Of a DNA stretch of 64,000 bases, positions 36,327-45,953 are shown piece by piece. Position numbers and translations under genes: made by a program. The stretch is from Hyaloraphidium curvatum SAG 235-1 (lineage: Eukaryota; Fungi; Monoblepharomycota), in assembly GCA_025558095.1 (NCBI GenBank), contig JAIVFI010000014.1, positions 558,001 through 622,000 of the forward strand. The letters are read 5' to 3'. Position 1 is the first letter of the stretch; every line of letters begins with the position of its first letter. Under the pieces are notes generated by a model. It was not told the origin of the DNA, did not search any database, and was given only the letters and a program-made list of their open reading frames with translations.

Positions 36327-37475
36327 ATGTCCCGGTCGGAGCCTTCAAACGCCACCGATTCGTCTGAGGAGCTTTCCTCGCTTGCAGATTCGGACGATGG
36401 CAGCGAATCGGAGACGCACTCCCGTCCCTGGCCCGATGGACCGGCGGTCCCCGCCACGGCCATTACCTCTCTCCTCCAGGAATGCGCTCTGTCAGTACGG
36501 GCCCTTCTCTCGGCAGCACCACCATCGCATCTCTCCCGGCCACCCTCGCCGCTTGAGTTCATGAGACTGGTTCATGCGGGGCGTCCGGCCGTTATCCACG
36601 GAGTGCTCGCCCAGCCCGGGTGGGAGCGCGTCCCGGAACTGGAGCTCCGGTCGACGTGGACGCGCTTGCTGGCCGGCAACAGCAAGCAGGGCAAAGTGCA
36701 AGTTAGCGTGACCCCGGACGGACGTGCCGACAGCCTGTGCGGGACGCTTTTTGCCTTGCCGAAGGAGGAGGACATGGACGTCGGCGCCGCGCTCGATGCG
36801 ATCGCCGACATGGCTCGTCCCCTGCGTCCAGGGGAACAGCGGACCGAGATTCGCTATATCCAGTCCCAGGATAACAACCTGCACGGCGATTTCGCCCCTT
36901 TTCTCGGCGTCGTCGTTCCTCCGACCCTGGACTTTGCGGAGGAGGCGCTCGCCCGACCTCCGGACGCCGCAAATCTGTGGCTCGGGGCGCAAGTGAGCAC
37001 GACTAGCCTTCACAAGGATCCGTACGACAACGTTTACGTCGTGCTGCGGGGAAGGAAACAGTTTACTCTCCTGCCGCCGCTTACTTGGATTCCAGAAACC
37101 GACGCCGACGTTGCGCGATGGGACTTGGATGGCGCAGAATGGAAGCTCCGCTCTGAAGAGCCAAGGGTCACTGTTCCTTGGGCAACCGTTGACTTCGATT
37201 CTCCTGAGTCTCTCAGGCGCTACCCTTGGTTGAAGCCGATGAGGGTCACGATCGGCCCCGGCGAAGCCCTTTACCTTCCTTCGCAGTGGTGGCATGCCGT
37301 GAGCCAGGTGTCTCCGGAGGACGAACCGGATGCGCCGCCTCCGGACCCGGAACGGATCGCTGGAACACTGGCTGTGAACTTCTGGTTTGACATGGAATAT
37401 GGTTTGCAGTACGAGTCTCTGCGACTTGTGGAGAACCTTAGCCGGTTGGTCAGGGAGGCTGTAACTACTGACTAG
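36327..37475 (+). CDS. JmjC-domain hydroxylase, JMJD7-like
   Basis: PLEFMR, VTPDGRAD, YIQSQDNNL, PDAANLWLG, LHKDPYDN, LYLPSQWWHAV, AVNFWFDM. Confidence 0.9.
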   Translation: MSRSEPSNATDSSEELSSLADSDDGSESETHSRPWPDGPAVPATAITSLLQECALSVRALLSAAPPSHLSRPPSPLEFMRLVHAGRPAVIHGVLAQPGWERVPELELRSTWTRLLAGNSKQGKVQVSVTPDGRADSLCGTLFALPKEEDMDVGAALDAIADMARPLRPGEQRTEIRYIQSQDNNLHGDFAPFLGVVVPPTLDFAEEALARPPDAANLWLGAQVSTTSLHKDPYDNVYVVLRGRKQFTLLPPLTWIPETDADVARWDLDGAEWKLRSEEPRVTVPWATVDFDSPESLRRYPWLKPMRVTIGPGEALYLPSQWWHAVSQVSPEDEPDAPPPDPERIAGTLAVNFWFDMEYGLQYESLRLVENLSRLVREAVTTD

Positions 37476-37608
37476 AAGACCTTTGTTCCCCGCACGCACT
37501 CTATGTACACAAGCAAGACGACCAAGGATCGGCAAAGCCAGCACGCACGCCGTCCAACAAACCCCACCCACTTCCGTTCTTTCCCGACTTGTGCCGCAAC
37601 TGTTGTGC

Positions 37609-40344
37609 TTACGCCGCCGGGTTCTCCTCGACAATGAAGTCAACTCCTTCCTGCAATCACGAGCGACAAAGTTAGTGGCCAGTCATTGGAAAGTGCCGAA
37701 CGGCCACGTACCCTGAGGTCAAGAGTGATCATGAAGCTGGAAGAAGATCTCGGTCAGTCAAACGTCACAGCACATTTGAAGCCCGCAACGTACCCGTAGC
37801 GTCCCTCGCGCTTCGTGGGGTCCTCGTTCCACACGCCCCACTGTCGGAAAAGGTAAGCACGGAGTCAAGCACATCAGAAGCGTGCTCCGAACCTTGCGCG
37901 GCTCGTTCTCGAGCACCAGGTTGAACTTGAACCTCCGGACCAACGTCGAGATGAACACCACGGCCTCCTGCGTCGCCACTGTAAAGCGAACGTGTTGGCA
38001 ATCATTCACGTTGGCTGTTCGGCGAACTCACTGTTCATGCCCAGGCAGATGCGCGGACCGCAGTTGAACACCGGCCACTTGAACTGGTTCTCTTTGGCCA
38101 GGTTGCCCTTCTCGTCGAACCAGCGCTCCGGCTTGAACTCCTCGCAGTCCGGGCCCCAGACGGCAGGCGAGTGACCCATGACTGGTTTGGTCAAGGTCAG
38201 AAGGCGGAGCAATCAAGTGCCGTTCCGAGCAGGACCCACCGTACGAGGACCACATGACACGCTGGCCAGCGTACACCTTCGTGCCGGTGCCGGGAAGGAC
38301 CGTGTCCTGCAGCGACAACTTCTGGGAGTTGGGAACGTTCGGGTGGATGCGGAGGGTCTCGTTGAAGACGGCCTGGCGATCACGTGAGAAGAAGCGCGGG
38401 TAAAGCTAAGTCCGTGCACGTACGGTCGCGTACTTGAGGTCCTTGAGCTTCTCGTAGCTGGCCTTTCCGGTAGGTCCGCAGACGGCGATGGCCTCCTCGC
38501 GGAGCTTCTTGTACACCTCGGGCCGCTGAGCAATCTCCCAGAATGCCCACTGTAATGGATGGGATGCGATCAAATAACTGTTCTTCTAACAAAGTCAATG
38601 CGATCACAACTTACGCTGAGGGTCTGTGCGGTGGTGTCCCTACCGGCGATGACTGCGAAAAACGAATCAGTCTTTCTCAACGGGAGCAGCCGACAAAAAC
38701 GCACGGAAGTTCATGACTGAAAGGAAACGGGGTTGGAGGTTAACGGCGCAAAGCCAGGCAGAACACGGCGATCGCGACCCACCGATGTCCCTGAGCTCCT
38801 TGAAGCTGAGATCGCGGCCGGCTTCCGCAGCATGACCGATAAAGAAATCGAGCAAATCCGACGACAGGGCATTCGGGTTGCTCGGGTCCCCGGCCTTCTC
38901 GGTGGGCTGCGCACCCTTGGCGGCGCGCGCCTTCTTCTTCTCCTCGATCACCTTGGCAGCAAAGCCGTCCAGCACGTCGATCGCCTTCTTCATCGCCGGG
39001 CCCTTGCCGTCGTAACCCTCGGTCCACTCCCAGAACGGGTTGAAGCCGCGCTGGAGGGTGAGCGAGTTGGCCGAGTCGAAAGCTACCATGAAGTCCTGGT
39101 CCTCGAGTGTGAAGCGCTTGTACGGCTTCCCGTCCTCCTGGCTCGTGCAGTCGATGATGCGGGAAGGGGCGGAAATGCAGCCGACGTCGCGGCCCATTGC
39201 GAGGCGGCACTGGAGGGCGGCACAGGTCAGGTGGTGCAACGACGGCGGGAGGCGTTCAACTCACGAACGAGTCCATCGTGCACCGGTAAAGGAGATCCTG
39301 GAGATCAAGGACGTACTTGTTCTTGGCGCAGGTCGAGAGGAGCTCGGACAGGTGCTCGCATTCCTCGAGGAAGTCGATCGTGAAGCGGTCCTGAAACACG
39401 AGTTAAACATCAGAAACCATTGCACGAGTCGACAGCGTCTTCGCACCCTGAAGTTCCTGTTGAGGGTAAGGGGCGTTAGCTCCGTCAAGTTGGACAACCG
39501 AAAACACCCTACCTGACGTTGAAGACTATGCGTGGTGAATGGAGCAAGACGGGACGATCAGCAGCGATAAAGAGAGCCAAAATCGCAACGCACTGTTCGA
39601 GGCCGTCTTGCGCGCATCCTTCCATGCGTCGCCGTCGCTGGCAAAGATTCCGTGGCCTTCATCGACAGGCGCGTCAGATCGCTGCGAAAGAACGAGCTTG
39701 GAACCAACCGAAAAAGTCGCGCGTGGCAAGCTGGTCCCTGCCGCCGGTGCCCTTCACGAAGTTCCACGGATCCTTCATCACCCATTCGACGTCCTGGACG
39801 TTGAAGGTGAAGATCGCGTCGTTCACGCCCTGGGTGGGGCCGATGAAGGTCTGACGGAAGACGGGGCCTGCGATGGAGAACTGCATCAGCCTTCTGCCTT
39901 TGTCGGCTCGAAAGAGCCGCGGGAAACGGGTCTCCGAGTCGCCTCCGCCCTTGCGCTCCGCACCGTGGGAGACACGTATCTCCGGGCCGCCAAGCCACTC
40001 CCGCACTTCCAGCGCGGTCGGAATAGTGCTCCAGATGGAACCAGCCGCGCAGACCCGGTGCGGCCACCCGCCGAAGCGTGGCCGACGCCGGTGGCAAGGT
40101 GCCCTTCCGCCCGCCTCGGCTACCCACCGAGCTTCTTGTGGAACTCCAGCTGGCGCTCCAGCCGGCGGCGGGCCGCGCGGCGCACGGCGTTGTTGTGGCC
40201 GACGAGCGGCTCGCAGTCGGGGGCCAGCGGGACGTCGGTGCGCCAGCGCGAGAAGATGGCCGTGTCCTTCCAGCGGTAGAAGCGCGCGTAGGCGTAGAAC
40301 AGCGCCAGGGCGCCGCCCAGCGCGAGTAGCACGGTGCCGAACAT
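37609..40344 (-). CDS. Cytochrome P450 (CYP86/704-like, possible fatty-acid hydroxylase), highly intron-rich
   Basis: GIFASDG..RKTAS, AGRDTTA, ETLR, PERW, FNCGPRICLG. Confidence 0.93.
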
Positions 40345-41109
40345 CGCCGTCGCGTGGGCCTGCAGGGGCAGCTGCCGGGGCGGGCGGGAGGCAGAGGGGC
40401 GAGTGAGCGGAGGGACTGAGGTGCCGCCGGGCGGGCGGATACAGCAGAGGCTTCCAACGGAATCGTCTCCCGTCTCCCATCAATCAGAACTACAGCAATC
40501 GCTTGCTCGAGACGCATATGAACAGCTGCTTCCTTTTATTGAGGCACTGGTGTCGTCCAGCAGCGCGCACGGATGCCCTCATCGCATCGTCGGGGCAAGA
40601 TCGACATCATTCATCCCGGCAGAGAAGAGCCATAGAGCCGGCGGCCAGGTCGCTTGGAACCAATCCGTCCTCTTGGAACGTACATCCACGTTCACTTCTC
40701 AGTCCTCGTGACGCGTGACGCGGCCAACGCCGAATGAGCAACCACGGAAAAACGGCTTGCGCCACTTGCCCGCTACCCGCCCGCGAGTCAGTCGCCGCTA
40801 CGCGATTCTGCCGCCTCAGGGCTCCCGGCAGAACAGCACTGGGCGCGTCGGTCTCGCGCGTTCTTTGACGGCCGTACTTTCTCCCTAGTCACGGCGCCAG
40901 CAGCGGTCTCGCCTCGGACTGCGCGGAGCTTCCCGTTCGCCGCGTGAACCTCGCTCCGTTTCTGCGAACAGCGCCCTGGTGCCTGCTTTCCCTGGACACT
41001 CTTGGTTGGGACTGGTCTCGGCTTTGATTCCGGCTCTTGGCCCGCCAACTCCGCCCTAGTGCCTGCCCGTCTCTGCCCATCTGCAGGCACTGTCGACTTG
41101 TTCGCAACG

Positions 41110-43104
41110 ATGCTCGCCCTGGCGCTCTCTTCAGCCCCGGTGCTAGCTGTCGCTGTTGTCTTGCTCATTGCAAGCCTCGCCTTCGTCTACCCGAAGACCG
41201 TACTCTTTTCTCGGATCAGGAACGACGTTCCGGTGGCCGACGGCGGTTTACCGCTTGTGGGTCACCAGTTCGCCCTCGGCCGGAACGTCAAGCGCCGCCT
41301 TGAGCGGCTGGTGGATGTAGCAACCAAGTACGGCGAGGTTGTTCGGACCACCATCTTCTCCCCCGTCATGGGAATCATCGAGCTGTACTTCTGCACCAAC
41401 CTGGCCGACGTCGAGTTCATCTACCGCAACCCGGATCTCTTCATCAAGGGACAGAGCGCCTCGAACATTGCCCGCCAACTTCTCGGTTACGGAATCTTTG
41501 TTTCGGACGGGCACGAGTGGCGCGTGCAGCGCAAGACGGCCTCCAACGTGTGTGGGTATTGCATGAGCTCCATCATCCCGATGCCCACAAAGGACTGATT
41601 TCGCTTCCAGTCAACCTCCGGAACTTCCGCGACACTTTCCAGCAAATCTTCATGGCCGAATCGAAGGACCTGTGCGGGCACTTGGGTGCCGCTGCGGACC
41701 GTGGCCTCGTCATCGACATCCAGGACCTGCTCCTCCGCGGCACGCTTGAGTCCTTCGCGCAGCTTGCAATGGGACTGAAAGTGCACGCTTTGGACGGGCC
41801 GTTCGCGGTGCAGGAATCCCGAGACGCGAAGGGAGATTTGCAGAAGAAGTACACGCTGCCGATCGTGGAATACCTCGAGGCCTTCGATCTCGCCAACGCC
41901 ATCACCGCTTCCCGCGGCCCCAACCCCTTCTGGAGGTACACGGAGCGCTGGAACGGTACCAAGGAGAAAATGGAGTGGGCCATTGGTGTCCTCGACGCAT
42001 TCGCGCAAAAGGTGATCACCGCCAAGAGGAAGAGCGGCAAAGCCCCTCCCGAGGGCAAGGGAGATATTTTGGACCTCTTTCTCGCGCTCAGGAAGGAGGA
42101 CGGAAGCGAATGGACTGACATCGAGCTGAGGGACATTGGTGGGTTGCCAGCCGGACCTTGATCGTCGCGGTTCTAATCGGCTGATCGTCCTGCAACAGTT
42201 ATGAACTTCCGTACGTCGCACCCACGTCAGTATAATGAGAGTATGGAAACTGACTCGTCGTGCTTTTCAGTCATTGCCGGCAGGGACACTACGGCGCAGA
42301 CGCTCAGCTGGCTGTTCTGGGAGCTCTCGCGCAACCCCCAGGTGGAAAAGAAGCTGCGAGAGGAGATCATTGCGGTCGTTGGCAAGACGGGCGACATTAC
42401 CTACGATCAGACCAAGGAGATGAAGTATGCTAACGTAAGTCGCTGCCGAACTCGCTGGCATCGCGAGCTGACCATCTTTTGTCAGGCCGTCTTCAACGAG
42501 ACCCTTCGCCTCCACGGTAAGCTCGCGCCCTCCCCAGTCTGAAGCTCTTTCTTACCCCTTTCTCAGCCAACGTGCCCGCGCAAGCCCGCCGCGCGGCCGA
42601 AGACTGCGTACTCCCCGGCACCGGCACACCCATCTACAAGGGCAACGCAGTGCAGGTTTCCTCGTACGCCATGGGCTACCTCGAGCGGATCTGGGGCCCC
42701 GACGCCAAGACCTTCCGCCCCGAGCGCTGGATCGACGAGAAGGGCAGCCTGATCAAGGAGAACCAGTTCAAGTGGTGGGTTACGGCACGTATTGCCGCCC
42801 GGACGCTGCTGATCCACTTCTTCCTAGGCCCGTGTTCAACGCGGGACCGCGGATCTGCCTCGGGATGAACATGGCGACGCAGGAGGGCATCATCTTCCTC
42901 GCCGCCATCCTGCGCGAGTTCACGTTCAACGTCGTCAACGAGGACAAGCCGTCCAAGTGGGGCTCGCCCGAGACCCGCGAGGGCCGCTACGTGCTCGCTC
43001 TGGTGGGTCCACTCCCTGGAAGCGCCGGCCGACCATTGCTGATCTCGGATTTTCAGTCCCTCGGTCTCCGGGACGGGCTCGAGGCGACCGTGTCGAGGGT
43101 TTGA
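41110..43104 (+). CDS. Cytochrome P450, paralogue of 37609-40344
   Basis: GIFVSDG..RKTAS, AGRDTTA, ETLRLH, PERW, FNAGPRICLG. Confidence 0.93.
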
Positions 43105-43128
43105 AGTACACTCAGGGAAGCGACCCTT

Positions 43129-43196
43129 TCGAGGGTCTAAAGGACTCGAGGGTCTGAAGGACTCGAGGGTCTGAAGGACTCGAGGGTCTGGAGGAC
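43129..43196 (+). repeat. 17-bp minisatellite x4 (TCGAGGGTCTRRAGGAC)
   Basis: Four directly visible tandem units just after the P450 stop. Confidence 0.95.
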
Positions 43197-43419
43197 CTGT
43201 TGTGTAGCCCGATGACCTCCCGAGTACGCAGCCGGAATTCCGGAATCCAGGCATTGTAGATATTGCAAGTAACTTGTAGATGCGTGTCGATCTTGTGGAA
43301 CAAAGTGCAATCTTGTCGATCGGTGCGCGCGCGGTGCATGGCGGCGCGAGTGATCGGGCGGAGGATCGACGCGTTGCAATCTTTCCGCGCATCGCGCCCG
43401 GCAGACCGCTCTTGCCATC

Positions 43420-44436
43420 ATGGCCTCCGGCAGCGTCATCCGCCCGAGTCCCGACGCCTCCTTCACCACCGTGAAGGCCGGCCCGTCGGGCTTGAACACG
43501 TACATTTCGCCCAAAATCGACATCCTCCACGGGCACCTCGCGACCCCCCAAGGACATCGCATCTACGTGCAAGTGGTCAATCCTTCGGGCAGGAAGGCAC
43601 CGGTGCTCATCCTCCACGGCGGCCCGGGGATGGCATCGTACTACTGCGAGCCGATGGCCCGGCTCTGCGAGGACAACCGGCCGGTGGTGCTGTACGACCA
43701 GCTCGGGTGCGGGCGGAGCGACCTCGGCCCCGCCGACAGGTCGCTCTACACGATTGACTACTACGTCGAGGAGGTGGACGTCGTCCGGCGCGGGCTGGGG
43801 ATCGGGAGCTCCCCGATCCACCTTCTCGGGCAGAGCTGGGGCACCCTCGTCGCGGTGGCGTACCTCACCAAGCCCGAGAAACCCCCGGGCATCGTCTCGG
43901 TGGTCCTCTGCGCGCCGTGCATCAGCACCCGCGAGTGGGGCGGCGGGATCCGCGCGGAGCTGTTCCCGAAGCTGCCCGCGGACGTGCGCGAGACCATCCT
44001 GGACTGCGAGGCCAGGGGGGACTACTCATCCGAGGCGTGGATGGCGGCCGTGGGGGTGTTTTACGAGCGGCACGTGTGCAGGCTCAGGCCGTGGCCCAAG
44101 TGCGTGACCGAGAGCACTGCCGCGGGCGATTCGAGCCCCGTTTACGGCTACATGTGGGGACCTTCGGAGTTCACCTACACGGGGACCTTGAAGGACGTAG
44201 ACCTCGCGACGCCCGAGGTCCTTGGCAGCCTCGGGGACGTGCCGACGCTCTGGACCTGCGGGGAGGAGGACGAGTGCCGGCCGAGCTCGATGGCGCGGCT
44301 GAAGGAGATGAAGGGCGGTGCGAGGGACAGGATGCACGTGTTCCCGGGGGCCTCGCACTTCCACCACATTGAACGCGAGGACTCCTTCGTCGAGGTGGTG
44401 GGTGGCTTCATCGCCGAGGTCGAGGGCAGCGAGTAG
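43420..44436 (+). CDS. Proline iminopeptidase / L-amino acid amidase (prokaryotic-type alpha/beta hydrolase), intronless
   Basis: LHGGPG, YDQLGCGRS, GQSWG, VYGYMWGPSEFTYTGTLKD, GEEDE, ASHFHHIE. Confidence 0.92.
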   Translation: MASGSVIRPSPDASFTTVKAGPSGLNTYISPKIDILHGHLATPQGHRIYVQVVNPSGRKAPVLILHGGPGMASYYCEPMARLCEDNRPVVLYDQLGCGRSDLGPADRSLYTIDYYVEEVDVVRRGLGIGSSPIHLLGQSWGTLVAVAYLTKPEKPPGIVSVVLCAPCISTREWGGGIRAELFPKLPADVRETILDCEARGDYSSEAWMAAVGVFYERHVCRLRPWPKCVTESTAAGDSSPVYGYMWGPSEFTYTGTLKDVDLATPEVLGSLGDVPTLWTCGEEDECRPSSMARLKEMKGGARDRMHVFPGASHFHHIEREDSFVEVVGGFIAEVEGSE

Positions 44437-44638
44437 GAGCATCCACTTTGACCTCGGGCGCGATAGAGATGACGTGGAAAGGATGGGAATCTAATTCCCG
44501 CGGTCCCTCGCCCCGTCAGCGGCCTACCACGATTTGGCGATCTGAGGTTGCCGCACAGCTCGATCGTCGCATTGGGGCGCCGCACTGCCTCAGCACACGC
44601 GGATCCAAACACTCCCCATATTCCGGCGATTCACAGCG

Positions 44639-45262
44639 ATGCCGCCCTCTCCGGCCCTCCTCCTGGGCCTCTCCATCGCCTTCCTTGCCCTCGCTTTGCC
44701 CTCCCCGGCCACGGCCTCCCCGTCCCCCCTCCTGGCCGCCCGCCAAGCTCCCCCGGTCTGCGGCAACGCGGCGGTGTACGAGGCCGCACGCCGCGTGGGG
44801 TGCTTCCGCGTCGACACGGCGTTCCCGGATCCGGACTGCGTGTGCGTGAATGCGACGTTTTTGGAGACTCTGGGGACCTTCTGTGGGTTGCCGCCCGGGG
44901 AAGTGGAGCGAAGTGGGAACTGAACCTGTCCCTTTGCAGGTCCGGCGGGGTCGGAGCCCATCGTTTACTGGACCGACCTGTGCAAGCCTTATAATTCGTC
45001 GGCGTCGGCGAGCCGGACGGCCACGGGGGTGTCCGCGACGACCAGGTCGACCTCGGCGGGGGTGGCAACCACTGCGGCAGCCACGACGGCGGCGCGGACG
45101 TCTTCCGAGACCCTGACGGTGCGCGCGACGTCGTCGGGGCCGGCTTCGACGGCGTCGACGAGGACGACGACCACGGGCGTGCCGTCCAAGGCGGAGGGCG
45201 CGGGGCCGGGTCGGCCGCTGGTGGCGGCGCTCCTCGCGGGCCTGGCCTGCCTGGCGCTGTGA
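44639..45262 (+). CDS. GPI-anchored Cys-rich (CFEM-like) cell-surface protein
   Basis: Signal peptide, six-Cys domain with CxC, Ser/Thr stalk, hydrophobic C-terminus; intron 44883-44939. Confidence 0.7.
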
Positions 45263-45953
45263 ACCTGGACGATCTGGAACATTGATATTGCTATGTCGCG
45301 GCGTCGCAGCATTCGCGCCGCTGAACTTTGATCCATGTATGAAGATACCGGACAACAATATACCTGTGCTCAATCTGGTTTCCAGAGGTCCATCAGGAGC
45401 TTCTTTGCTTGGATCTGTGCCGAAGTCTTCGTGCGGTCCAAGCACACGATCTGCCGCTTGGCGCCCCTTTGCTGATCCCAACCCTCTGGCGGAGCGGTGG
45501 CTTCGTGCGACCGACGGCGCAGAAACCCGGTTCTGGAACAGATCTGGAGCCGATCCCATCGGTCTTCCAAAATCCAGCTATCTCCGAGGGGCAGAGGTGC
45601 CAACGGAACGGCGTTCCCGCCTGTGGGTTCGCCGCGTTCGATTCGAACTCGCCGCTTGCACTCGGGGGACCCCGCTGACCTGTGCGGTGGACCAGTCAGT
45701 CGGACCGCCCACTCACCCACCGCCGGCCCACGCCGGCGCCCCCAGGCTCATCGGCCCCAACCCCGCGTTTGCTCCGTCGCGCGCACGGTGCCGCGTCCGG
45801 CGGGCCGGGCGAGGCGGAGGGGGGCGGGCACAGCAGGCTGCAGTTGCGGGCTCCGGCAGCGCGCTTAGGCGGCCCGCGGGGAGTTAGGGGCCGGTTAAGG
45901 CCGGCCTAAGGAAGACGGCGGGTGTTGCGGGCGCGGAGCGGGGCGCGGCGGGC

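Noticed and set aside
43129-43196. Possible CRISPR array
   Set aside because: Units are contiguous with no spacers; eukaryotic context with no cas genes
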